Shown piece by piece: positions 12,723-24,612 of a DNA stretch of 52,659 nt. The notes under the pieces are model-generated. The model saw nothing but the letters and a program-made list of their open reading frames with translations, was not told the DNA's origin and ran no database searches. Every line of letters starts with the position of its first letter. The first letter of the stretch is position 1. Source of the DNA: Moniliella sp. 'wahieum' (taxonomy: Eukaryota); the NCBI GenBank assembly GCA_003971905.1, contig RSEE01000152.1, positions 62,001 to 114,659 of the forward strand, read 5' to 3'. The translations under genes and the position numbers were made by a program.

Positions 12723-14148
12723 TTAACGTGGTGTCGAAGCGCCTCCGCGGCCTCCACGGCGTCCAGCCTGGGACGCAGTACGTGCAAAGCCACCGCCACC
12801 TCGTCCGCCTCGCATCGGAGGCACCGACGCAGGGTTCTCGTCTGCACCAGAACTTGGTGGCGATGACCCGATCCCAGCTCGACCGTCACACCCTGATGCT
12901 GGTCCGAGTGGGCAATCGCCTTACGCGCCTCGTCGGGCGAAGCAAAATCAACGTACGCCCGACCGGCGGGGAGCATGCTGATGTTCAACACGGTCCCAAA
13001 CGTGGCCATCGCAGCCTTGAGTGCATCGGGTTTGACCTTGTCCACGTTGCGCACGTACACGCTTGCACCGGGTACACGAGCGGGAGGCGTAGGCTTTGAA
13101 GGGGCAGCCTTGGCGCCGTTCGAGGGGGTCGTGGTGGGGGTGGGAGTGGCAGGCTTGGACGTGGACTTTTGGCCAGGCGGCGGGACCGCACGAGCAGGTG
13201 GAACCACCTTGGTTGCCGTTGCCGGTGCTTGGTTCCACTTGGCAGCGTTCGTCGCGGCCAGGTTGGCCCAGCTCGTAGGCTTGGTCGGCTTAGGTGCCGG
13301 CGCCGGGGTAGGAGCCGGAACAGAGGCGGCGGCGGGCTCAGGGTTCGCTCGGCAGGCTGGGATGCAGAATTCGTCGTGACCGCCGCATCGGGGGACGTGG
13401 CATCGGGAATCTCCTCAATGCTCGCCGGTTCGTCTCTTTCGTGGGTTCAGCAACAGCGGGTTCGACCTGCTGGGTGCTCGAGGTGGCAGCGGGCGCCGTC
13501 TCGGTCGTATCTTCGGTCGCAGCGGGAGCCTCTGGCGCAGACTCGGTGGCGGTCTCAAGGGCGGGCAGGTCATAGGCGCCTCGGGGAGCGCGTTGCTCGC
13601 TGCTTCTGCAAATTGGCAACAGCGGTAATGTCCACGTCGTGGGCGACGAGGTGGCCTTCGTGTTCGCCTGGGCAACTTCAGTGTCGATGGCCTCATCCCT
13701 TCCTGGGCAATTTCTTCCTGGTCGACGTCGCTCTTGAGGTAGCGGAACATATCATTCAGGATCCAGTAGCGGCCGCCTTCGTCGGCGAGGAAGAAGGTTT
13801 GGCTAAAGCGGCGCCAGGGGCCATCGTTGCTGCTGAGCTCGCCGAGGACTTGGATGAGGATGCCATGGCGGCCGAAAGCTGGCCATCGTAATTGCTGACG
13901 CACACTTTGCAGTTGTCAAAGCCAGCCTCGGCGATGGTCTGCTTGATGGCAGCGGTGCCGACGACAGGGCTGACGTCGGCATCGCTCTCCTGGCCAAAGA
14001 CGAGGGTGGAGCGGGTCGAAGTAGAGGCGGTAGAGCTGGGAGGGGTCCTGGTGGGGAGGGTGTAGTACTGGGTGATGAACTGGTTGGCGACGTCGGAAGC
14101 GTCGGGGACAGCGCGGGGCGTGTCGGCGGGGGCGACGTGTGTGCTCAT
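12723..14148 (-). CDS. BRE5: G3BP/Bre5/Nxt3-like NTF2 + RRM + RGG protein
   Basis: NTF2 domain (VANQFITQYY...GILIQVLGELS...RRFSQTFFLA...YWILNDMFRYL), acidic/Pro-rich linker with KPTSWANLAA, RRM (SVYVRNV...AYVDFAS) and an RGG tail MRGGRGGGGFAR...RGGRGGASTPR* (TAA at 12723-12725). Confidence 0.9.
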
Positions 14149-15302
14149 GGTGGGGGTGGCGGGCAGAGGGACGGGTGGGTTCGTGCGCGAAGGTCCGAGT
14201 GCGGGAAGGCTGATGCGCCGGCTGACGCCGCTTACGCCGAAGACTGGGCATAGGAGAGTGCAGAGTGAAGATTGAACGTTGAACCTTTGCAGTCTGAACA
14301 CTGGATCCCACGCGTACCGAGTATCAAATTTCAAACACGAACCTTTGAACATTCATATTCAGCATCGACATTGCGTGTGCAATTTGGAATTGCGGGCCGT
14401 GCGCGTAGCTGCCAATATGTTTCCTCGGTGCAAACAGGCCACGTGGGTTGCGCCTCCCCCATTCGCTTACCGCTGCGGCTGGGGCATGCTATAAGCAACG
14501 CGTGCGAAGAAAGCAGGGCAGAAACACAGGAGAACAAAACAGCGGCCTATACAGGAGCCTGGTTACTTCTTCGCGAGCTCCTTCTGTGAATGCACACGTA
14601 CCCACCGGCGGTGCGTGTGGCCTGTTCTACAACTTCCTTGAAGTTTGACCGGTAACCGATACCCCTTTGTATGTCTCCCTCTCATCACGCGCGCGTCTAA
14701 TTCATCGCGTGTGATTGTTTCTCTCCCTCTGGTATATAAGGCACCACATTCCATGCAGCCTGAACGAATACCATTGGCATCCAAAAATCCCCCCTTGATT
14801 CTGACTTGCTTTCTATCGGCGGGCCATCCTCCTTTGTTGACCTCACATACACATATACATGTCAAACCGTCCTCCACGCGTCAACGGCCCTCGCTTGCTC
14901 TGGTAAGCGGTTCTCAGTACACTCTCATTCATATCGGTACAGTAATCGCCCATGGGTCGGTATGGCATTCCTACATCGACCCCACCGAGCATGAGCCCAT
15001 GGACGAAACGAACGTCAATGCAGATCCGGGTACCAGGCTTTTCGACATCCAAGAAAGGAAAAAGTTACATTTGCAGGGACATCCTACCCCTGCCACCAAC
15101 ACGATCCCGTAACTCGTGTGGCGGGCATGGGGGCGCAGAGAGTCAAACAAAGGGGGCGGGGGGGGAGAGAGATGACAGAGGGACAAGTTGCAGAACATCC
15201 TTTTCAGCATCGTTCTAAAAGTGCGGGACGAAGTAGAAATGACTCGATGACGGAGAGGTATATACTCCTCGCCCATTTGTCAAGGACAGCTGGGCAGCAC
15301 TG

Positions 15303-16637
15303 TTATCTAGCCGTTTGGTGGGCGGCGAGGCCGTTAGTCATCTCTTCTTCTTCTTCATCGCCATCGTCATCGTACTCTTCATCGTCATCGTCATCGTCAT
15401 CCGACACCGGTACCTCCGCCCCTTCCTGTGCATGGTCCAGCGCTACGTTGGCCTTCCGTTGCATTTCGGCCGGCCGAGCAGGGCCGGGGGTGTGATAGAG
15501 GCTGTGGCAGCGGCTGTAGCCCTTGTTCGGCTGGCAAAGCGGGGCCAGGGTTGTAATCTCCTTGTGGCTCCTGTCGTGGCTCCAGTTGGGGCATCGGCTG
15601 GGGCTCTTGTTCGGGCCGGGCGGGGGGGGTGGGTTGGTACGAGCTTCGGAGCGAACAGGAATGCGAACACCCTGCTGTGCCAGGGTGGCGCGACAACTCT
15701 GTTGCTGGAAACTGACCAGGATATTGGCGCGGGGGTTGTAGCATGCTGTGTGTGGATTGGGCAAAACCAAACGCAACAAACATCAGTAAGCCTACCACAC
15801 TGGTTTTTTCCTCGCCCTCCTTCTCGCATAGCGAAAGAACACTAGAAACTGTCGGGAAGGAAAAGGGGGGGAGGGGGGGAGGTATAGGGAGAAGAGGGGG
15901 AGGGACGTACTGAATTGAGGTGTGTACATGCGCACCACGATCGAAGTCACTCCTTCCGATGCGTTTCCATCCAAGTTCAGCGCCGAAAGGGAGAGAAGAG
16001 ACGATAGTTTCCTACTTCCCTCACACTCAAGTCGGGCAAAAACAAAAAAAAGTCCAGCCTCTCCGTCCAGATCACGACAATGTAGGCCGAGCTGATGGGC
16101 GTACCAAGTAAGTTGCGCATATACTGACGCGTGTTGTTCATCGGCACTGGAGTACGGGGCCTCCTCTCACCATTATACGCGGCGGCGGAACCGGGTATTG
16201 CCGTTGGCCTCCTACCTCGTGCGGACGAAGCGCGTCGGCATGTTGCCGGACTGGCTGTAACTGGGGTTGCTGCTGCTGCCATTGCACTTGGTACTGATGA
16301 CCCTGTGATATTGCTGATGGTCTTGGTACTGATGACTCTGATATGCTGGTGGTCTTCGTACCGGTGATCTTGCTGGAACCGGTGGTCTTGGAACCGGTGG
16401 TCTTGGAACCGGTGGTCTTGGAACCGGTGGTCTTGAAACCGGTGGTCTTGGTACTGGTGGTCTTGGTACTGGTGGTCTTGGTACCTGTGGTTGGTACCGG
16501 TAATCTTGGAGCTGGTGATCCTGGTATTGCTGTACTTGCTGCGATTGCGGTTGCGGTTGCTGCTGGGGGGGCAGTGGTTGCCCTTGCGGTTGCTGGTGGA
16601 ATTGCTGTGATGTTGCTGCTGCTGCTGCTCCTGTTGT

Positions 16638-16677
<40 letters not shown>

Positions 16678-17665
16678 GATGAAGGCGGATGGAGCACCCG
16701 GATGCGCGCTCTACGCTCCAATCCTCTCTAGGAGGAAGTGTGGCAATGGGCAACCGTGCGTACTCTAGTATATCCTCCCCGCCATCGGCCAACACTCGTT
16801 GGGCCGGCGTGGGTACTAGGCTCTGTGCTAGGGTCCGTACTAAATTCCGTACTAGGTTCCGTGCTAGGCACCGCCTCGGGCTCACGGGGGGTTCGGTGCG
16901 GCACAAATGCGGGGCCTACCAACGGACGAAGCGGAGGGGAATGAATGGGGGGATATCGAGTCCTCGTCATCGTCGTGGTTCAAAGTGAGCAACATGCTAG
17001 ATGTGAGCGTGCCAGATTCCACCAGCTCGGCAGACAGGGTGAGAAAGGAAGTGTCAAAGTGGCTTGCATGAGGAAACCAAAAGGAGGGTTAGGTTCCGGT
17101 CTCGTCTCCTTCTAAGTGCCTGGGTGCTGGAACGAGAGAAGAAACGGTTATAGGAATCAAGGACGTACAGTAGGTCTACATCTCGTCCGTCGCAGCATGG
17201 TAAATTCGCAGGCGGACAATGGTAGGTGGAGACAAGGGCCGTCGGTCCTGATTGGACCAAGAGAAGAGGAGAAAGGCCGGGTTAGTGGAGGTGACGGATG
17301 TACCGAGAGCGGTATTTGACTGTCTGTTGCAGTGCAAGACAGGGAAGAGGGAGAAAGGGATCCACTTACCTTGTCACCATGTGCTGCGATCCGTCCCCGC
17401 AGCGGGGATTGCTCAAGAATAATCTCGTACGCGTTTCCAAAGAAAAACCAATGCACACCACACCTAACCGTTAGACACCGACCGAGCATACACCCACCCG
17501 AACCAAGCAACGCGCCACAGCGCTACCGAGAATACTCACAAGCCTAATGCGTTCCTTGAGCGCGTCCCTCGGGCAGGACATCGCGACCGCTCTTGCCAGA
17601 GCGACGGTGGCGTGCTGATCGCCCGGGTGATTATCAGGAGGAGGTTGGGGCGCGGGCGGGTCCAT
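15303..17665 (-). CDS. Velvet-family regulator with a discontinuous (VelB-like) velvet domain
   Basis: N-half reconstructed across introns: YEIILEQSPLRGRIAAHGDK|DRRPLSPPTIVRLRI...|HFDTSFLTLSAEL. C-half: MRNLLGTPISSAY...DLSVREVGNYRL...YTPQF|TCYNPRQYPGQFPATELSRH.AQQGVRIPVR. Introns at 17248-17369, 17063-17168, 15746-15910, plus one starting at 17539 (acceptor unclear). Acidic C-terminal tail. Confidence 0.88.
16355..16485 (-). repeat. 15-bp coding tandem repeat, (Y/F)QDH(Q/R) pentapeptide, inside the velvet insertion
   Basis: About eight units of gaaccggtggtcttg / gtactggtggtcttg on the + strand. Confidence 0.9.
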
Positions 17666-18965
17666 TTTATCGGAGAGCAAGTGGAGGATCCGTGATGGTG
17701 GTGACAAGCGAGTGCGACAGGAAGCGAGGGTGTCGAGGAACAGACGAGGCGGACGGGTGCAGACCGAGAGGAAGAAGAGCGACGGGGACAGCCAAGAAGC
17801 GCCAGCGTGCGTTTCTTCCGTCGTCGGCTGGGCCGCGGGGGAAGGGAGGGGGGGCAGGGGTGGTGGTGGTGGCGGTGGCGGTGGTGGCCGGAGTGGGGAG
17901 GGGGCGGTGGGGGAGCACAGACAGCGTCCAGCGCCCAGCGGCTGCGCGGACGTGCTGTGGGGGCAGCAACGTGCCAGGCGACCCAGAAGACCGGTAAGAC
18001 CGTCGTGGCCACTGGCGGGTGCAGCTCCGTCGCATAAAAAGCTTCTCTGCCCGCGCCGGCGATTAGGAGGAGCGCGTCGGCGGCAGCGTGGACGCCCAGC
18101 AGCAGGTGCGCATCCGCGCAACGGGATGGATCGAGCGCGCGTCGGGGGGGCTGCGCGGTGCCTCTGGCGGTGATGGCGACGGCCGCTGGGTGCGAGCCGG
18201 TGTGGCTGGCTTCCTTGACAGCAGACCCATAGTGCGCGGGGCAGGAGAGCGCACAGGAGGCTGTCTATGGTCGATGCATGTGACCCGAGTCGAATTGGCA
18301 ACTGATTTCAATTTGGGGTGCCGGTCCCTTAAGCGGCTGAAGCTTGGAGCTTCAAGTGAAGCTTCTCCTATGCACGCCTCCTGCCTCCTGCCTTGCCTGG
18401 CGTGTTGCCCAGCTGGAAGCAGCCGCGCGCAGGTCACCAGGTCACGGGGGGCGTCGCTCGTACCGACGATGACCAGTGGCCTTCTTGCGTTGGACATTCG
18501 TTGAATTTTGCCGGCACCGATCCGAATCGACGCCAGAGCATAGAGCGCCACAGCCAAAGCCGGATGATCGATGAAGCTCGCCCCCACCCCAACCGACACA
18601 TGCAACGGTAAGTAGCAGACAAGCCAGGTAACGGCATGGTAACCATAGTAGCCAAGCCAAACCGCCGTCTGGCGCCGTCGCATTCCGACCCGCTCGCATG
18701 GGTCTCTTCTGGCCTCGTGCCCGATCCGGACTCGAGACTCGTCTGAGTGCTCAGGGCCCGCCTCTGCACCGGGCTCCTTCCCGTCCCTCTCCCGAGCACT
18801 CTCGGCAAATGCACCAGCCGCAGCACGCCCAGGGCCAAGACTGTGCCACATGCCCGTGCGTATTTGCCTGTGGCCATGCTGTTGCGCGTTGCGCACGCCT
18901 TACGTATCGCCCATGCTTGCCTGGGCTTGACGCGTTGACGTTGAAAGAGACAGCCTATCGTATAT

Positions 18966-20010
18966 CAGGCTTCAAGCTTCAAGCTTCAGCGCCTCTTCAG
19001 CGCTCAGCGCCTCAGGCTGAGCGCTGAGGCTTAGCGCTAAGGCTTAGCCCTGAGGTTCTCAGACTGAGATCTCAGATCTCACCGGCACCCCACGCCACTG
19101 CGTCACCGGCCACCTGCTCCCCGTTCCCCCCCCAACAGTCTATATATATATAGGCCTTACCTGCTTTTTTGGCTCTCGTTCGCGTTACACGTTACTAGTA
19201 CTCACCCTATTATTCTCGCCAGCGCCATGCCCACGCATGGCCAAGCATGACGCCGTCTGCGGCCTGGCACCTAGTCCCCTATAGTGACCCTATAGTGACC
19301 CGCCAGTGACCCTACGACGGGAGGATCGATGAACGTGATAAACGCGCAGGCGCTCAGATGCTCAGGATGAACGATGAAGCTCATCGATTTAACCTACCGT
19401 ATAGTATTCAACGAATTCTTTATTCCTCTTCGGTTCCTCGCTCTTTCCGACTTCGCTCCTCTCCTCTTCTCTTCTCTCCCCTCCTCTCCCTCCAAGCTCC
19501 ACCTCCGCGCGGCTCAGGAACAATGAAGAAGTAAAACACCGTTGTCGGCTATAACCAGGTATACTATAGTAGCTATCGACAGCTTCTAACTCCTGAGACC
19601 CTAAGGCCTAAGGCTTAGGCTTGAAGGCTGCTCAGGCGCTCAGGGCTCAAGCTTGAAGGACACAGCGGAAATGCTCCAACAATTTGAAGCATGAAGCTTG
19701 AAGGTCAGCGCTCGCTGAGCGCTGAACGTGCTGAACGTTGAACGTACGCTGAACGTACGCTGAACGTACGCTGAACGTTGAACGTTGAACGTACACTGAT
19801 TCAACGTTGAACGTTACGTTGAACGAACCGCACCAATTCACACGCACTACACACACCCGAGATGTCTGTGCTGTGGCCTTTTGCATACCTGCCCCCCTCT
19901 CTTTGATCTCTCTGCCTCTCTCTGCCTCTCTGCCTCTCTATGCCTCTGTCGATGTGTTTTGCACCAGTGTTGCACCTCTCATTAGGCCTTAGTACTTAGT
20001 GGCCTTAGTA
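18966..20010. repeat. Cluster of 7-bp-period palindrome arrays upstream of the velvet gene
   Basis: AAGCTT, AGCGCT, AGATCT (19067/19074), AGGCCT, AACGTT and AGTACT units, plus an 11-bp derivative (gaacgtacgct)x3 at about 19740-19772. Confidence 0.9.
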
Positions 20011-20028
20011 CCTTTCACTTAAAGTCTA

Positions 20029-20630
20029 CTAGAAGACCACCGGGCCTACGGCCCGGTCAGCTGGGGCTTCGCCCCAGCTGTGCTGCGTCGCCACCTTAGC
20101 CACCGGTCCGCCTTCGCCACCGTAGCCACCGTTCCCCCCCATCGCCACCTTAGCCACCGGTCCACCGTCGCCATCGTAGCCTCCATTCCACGCTGGAGGA
20201 ATTTTATCACCCATGTGCATGGCTGAGCGCGCGGGGTGGGTTGCGGGCTGCGTCACCCGCGCAGCGAACGCAAACAAATAGGTAAGCATGACGTAAAGTA
20301 AAAAGGGGGTCTGCGATATAAAAAGAGAGATTAACGCGTAACGCGTAACGTCTATCGAATATCGCGACCCACAGACCGCTGTGTATCTCCACTGGCAGCA
20401 CCCTGGCCCAATTTGATTTCCCGGCAGAGGGATTCAACAGCTCATCTATCAGGCTCAGGCATGTGTGGGAAGTCACGTGATTTGTAGCTAATAGCTGGTA
20501 GTATAGTAGCAAACCAAAGTGCAGCGGTACTACAAAGTAAGACCATAGTAGACTACGTTGTAACGCGTAACGCGCAACGTACAACGGAACGGCGGCGGGT
20601 AAAAGTATGAAAAGTAAGTACAAGTAGTGA
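20029..20630 (-). mobile_element. Non-autonomous Helitron-like element, copy A
   Basis: The minus strand ends ...CAGCTGGGGC-GAA-GCCCCAGCTG ACCGGGCC-GTA-GGCCCGGT GGTCTT CTAG|T, i.e. two GC hairpins followed by CTAG and a T. It has an internal GGTGGCTA(A/C)GGTGGCG minisatellite. About 20029-20250 is homologous to copy B. The 5' end at 20630 (TCACTAC...) is a guess. Confidence 0.7.
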
Positions 20631-21359
20631 AAAACGGCATTTTCTCAGACAGGTATCCTCATCGGCCTCATCGGTCACTCGGTACTCACACCAGTACTCA
20701 GCAACTCAGTACTCGTATTCATACTCAGTCTTCAGTACGCTCAGCCGGAGGACTCAGACTGAGTATTCATCGTGCACGAAGAGTTGAACCTCCACAACTG
20801 TTTGCACTTGGTGGCCACCAGCAACCAACGTGATAATCTCCACCCCCTTTCTCTACCATTCACCATCTACCCTGCCCTCATCGCAGTGTCACCAGCTACG
20901 CGTATGAACTCGTTTGTTGGCAACTGACCCAAGAGCGTCGAAAGATGCGTTGTGCATCTGAGCATCGGTGTCGCTGAGGCCTAGTGAAACGTGAGAAAGT
21001 TGAACTCAAAAGGCTGAGGCTGTGACATGCGAACGTTGAACCAAGGAGCAGACGCGGTGTGCGCTACTGAAATGGACTGTCAAGTACGGTGAGAGTATGG
21101 AGGTCATGAGATCTAAGAGGCCGTGACACAAATCAACACTGACGGGTCCCCAACTCCGTACCCTGTGCCGTTCCTCACGCAGCAACAGGGCAAGTAATGG
21201 TTTGATGTTCTCGCTTGAGCATATTTGGGCTTGCCCTAGTCCAAGGTTGGCGCATTGCATTGCCTGAAGCTGTGCGGGTTCCGATGCTCAAGTTTGTGCG
21301 CTCCATCCCGGACTCCCACATCCACAAGAGATGACAGGGGAGGAGGAGAGGAGAGGAGA

Positions 21360-21484
21360 AGGGAAGGAGAAGGAGAGGAGAAGGAGAAGGGAGGAGAAGG
21401 AGAAGGAGAAGGAGAGGAGAAGGAGAAGGAGAAGGAGAAGGAGAAGGAGAAGGAGAAGGAGAAGGAGAAGGAGAAGGAGAAGGA
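21360..21484. repeat. (GAGAAG)n microsatellite
   Basis: Directly visible polypurine tandem run. It explains the EKEK/poly-L/poly-R ORFs. Confidence 0.95.
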
Positions 21485-24400
21485 GAGAAGACACGATGGA
21501 ACCACAACTCGTTTGGAACGCCAGGGAGAAGAAGCTGTTTCCTGGAACAAGCGAATGCGACAAGAATACCAAGTATTAGGGGCACACTCAAGAACTTTTC
21601 TTTTCCCTTTGTCATGATATGACGACGCGAGAGGATACTAGCCACCGAGACGGCGAGCAAGATGTTTGGACACGGGAAAGAATTGACTGATGGTCTCATT
21701 GGAGATGGTTCGCCGCTCATGCCTACTATCCACGCGTGTATACATCCAGTTTGGAGGCGAATGGTGGCGCCAGAGGGTCCCGACCTATGGCGGCTCGCCT
21801 TGTTTTCTAATTGGTTTAGCACGAATACGCACATGATACACCGGATGAGCGAGCGGGATAGGCTCACCAGCGTTTCTTTGTCCCTGCCTTACGCTCCATC
21901 TCCCAAGCAAACGTATGTACGCACAGGGATACAAAATGGGAAACGCTTCGCCCCCCAAGCCCGCCCATGCAGCGTGTGCTGTCACCTCGTGCCAAAACCC
22001 ATTCGTGGATCCACAACCGACACGGCATTGCCATACTGCAGGTCAAACCCCTCTGATCAGTTTTCTTCATTCCGATCCAAACATCGAATGTGGCGCGAGT
22101 CGTGGGTGTGGATACGAAGGAACGGGTTAAGAGAAGGGTGCGCAGAACGGTAAACGTTAAACCTTCTCCGAGTCCTCGGCAAGTTTCTTCCAGTGTCCAA
22201 CATCTTTTTGGCACTCTCGGCACCGTGGTATCTGCGTGTCGTGGTGGCCAGAAGGAACAACGAGTGTTGCGTGGGCCCCCGATACTGGAACGTGGCATAC
22301 GGGGCTCCCCGCTTGCCTATTTGAGACGCCCATATGCATCAGCTCCTGATTCCCCCCGCGTATCCCACACGCGTAATAGGGCGGAGGTCTTCAGTTCTGT
22401 GTGCCAACACCTTCGGAAAGCCTTTGGCCTCTTCCCTGTCCCGAAGTCCCCAAGGTGTAGTCCACGTCCAGTATCCCTGATCCATGCAATAACTCTATCC
22501 TTTGCAAGGCCCCATCCCGGGCATAGTCCGTGTGCCTGGTCTCCCTCCACCGCCGCGTGCAACTACTGTGTTCCTACCTATGGCACGTGGAAAAGAGAGA
22601 GAGCCTCCGGCTTGCACAGCGTGTATGTCCTTGTCTCTCTTCCCTGGCGCCTTTCCCTCTCCTATTTTCTAACACTCGTCCTTCGAATCGGGCCATTCCG
22701 GGCCACCTCGCCGACCATGCGCTTCTCCCGGCCAAAGTACCTTCTTGTTATGCTTCTCCTTGCTTCCCAATATAATACCTCCTTCTCTTCCAGGCTGTCT
22801 CCGACCTCATCATCGTCTGTTTGCCCCCGTCCTCTCCCCTTGTCATACATGGTGCCTTTTTCTTTCGCATGCCTCTCCTCTTGGTACGCCTTTCACTGAG
22901 AGTGCTCGGGTCGGGTCATCTTCATCCTCCAGCATCGTCCCCCGTATCAAGACCCTCCTCTACCGTGGCATTTTGAAGAAGTGCATTGCATCAGCATTGG
23001 CCTTTGTTGCTGGGCGTATTCTCGCCGATCCGTTCAGACCTCTGGGTACCTGGCCGGCTATAGGCTTCTCTGCCATAGCGGCTCTACATGGAACGGGGGA
23101 CTGTGATCGAAAGGTGGACCAAGGAGCATCCCTTATTGATTATCGATCATCTCTCTCGACGCGGTTCAAGCTTGATGGGCAAAGTAAAAACACTTGATGG
23201 GCAAGGTAAAACGCTTGATGGGTAAAGTAAACCCCCGGTGTGCTCTAAATCCTATCATGAATCACTATGTAAACCCAGTATACAGCGAGGAGGATCCGAT
23301 CGCACTTGCCATGTCCCACGTCGAAATGCACACCTCTCCGATCCTCTGTATTATGCACGTGCCACATATCCATTTGGGAACCGAGCGTGGCGGGAGGGCC
23401 GCGGTTCAGCGGCTCAGCGCTGAACAAGGCACCTGGAAGCGACCGCCCAAGAGTATCGAAGATCCGAAGAGAAGGGAGCCGCGAACCAAGCATCCGCTGT
23501 TGGGAGTGTCTAGTTTGCGATCCCCATCCCGCATACGTATGGACTAGAAGACATGCTAGCAAACGTATCCTCGGTGCCGGTGAGCGGTGACTACACCCTA
23601 TTGTCCCTTGTTTGGTATGCGCTTAGCGCTTAGCGCTTATCCTGTTTTGACATGATCTGACACCTCCGAAGCCTTATAGGATACGTGGGTTGGTGTATAC
23701 ACCCGTGGCTTTCGAACCCTGTCTCTACGACCGGTAGGACCTGACGGGCCTGAGGCTGAGGGCGCTGAGAGGCCAGAGGACTTTTGTGTGTTGGAATAAG
23801 CGGGGCCCATAAATATTCAATGTCCTAAAAACGTTTTAAAATTCACCCCCCCCCCCCCAGCCACATCCCCGCGACCTGCATTGCTCTCCGTATTTACTAG
23901 GCTTCTCTCCACAATCATTAATCAACGTGCCTTGGGGGGTGCTTCCGCTTCTCGATTATCGAAGTTACTGCGCGGCGGCGATGAAGCTTCAAGTTCTTCA
24001 AGTTCAAGCTTCAAGCTCAATGTCCAATGTCAAGGGTGCGAGCGTTGGTGGGGGCGAGCCACTGTGGTGAGCCGGTGAATGAAGAGCGAAGAGTGTCTTT
24101 CTAGTGAAGCTCATCTCGAACCGTGTTGGAAATGCTAGTACGATGGATTCACAGGATTTACTCGAATTGTGAAAATGCAGAGTGAAAGGGATCAATTGCT
24201 GCCAGTGCGTATCTCCTGCATGTGCATGAGTGCTAAGCTGAGCGGCTCAGCTCTTATAAGTTGCTCTCATCCCCCTCTCCAACCTGCTCTTTATTCCTCT
24301 ACCCTGGATACATATCCTACCTGCCAACAATCTACACCAGCACAAAGAACAAGCATTTAAAGAAAAGAAACCATGGATCCATAGAAAGGCAGGACGAGAG

Positions 24401-24612
24401 GCAGACGTGCCTCATCATGTCAAAGAGGATCATGAAAGACAAGTTCACATCAAAAGACGGGGGCACAGAAAAGGTGCCTTTCCCTAGGGATCATCGACCA
24501 ACTTGATCCAGCGAAGAAAAGTAACAGACAGAGAAATCGAGGAGCCGCCAGACGGCTGGGGGGGGGGGGGCTTGTGGCTAGCTTCACGTTGGGGTAAGCA
24601 CCACAAGGGCGC

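Noticed and set aside
14733..15112. Small plus-strand gene after a TATATAA at about 14733
   Set aside because: The ORF is short, has no recognisable homology and its start and splicing are ambiguous. It cannot be supported without expression data.
16355..16485. CRISPR-like array
   Set aside because: These are contiguous 15-bp coding repeats without spacers, in a eukaryotic gene, with no cas genes.
19278..19299. ccctatagtga x2 resembling the reverse T7 promoter, and restriction-site-like palindromes suggesting a vector polylinker
   Set aside because: Only 11 nt match and the rest of the T7 promoter is absent. The palindromes are dispersed, degenerate and tandemly repeated in native intergenic DNA, unlike a polylinker.
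21175..21867. ORFs with poly-L, poly-R, EK or SP tracts
   Set aside because: These are translations of the (GAGAAG)n microsatellite.
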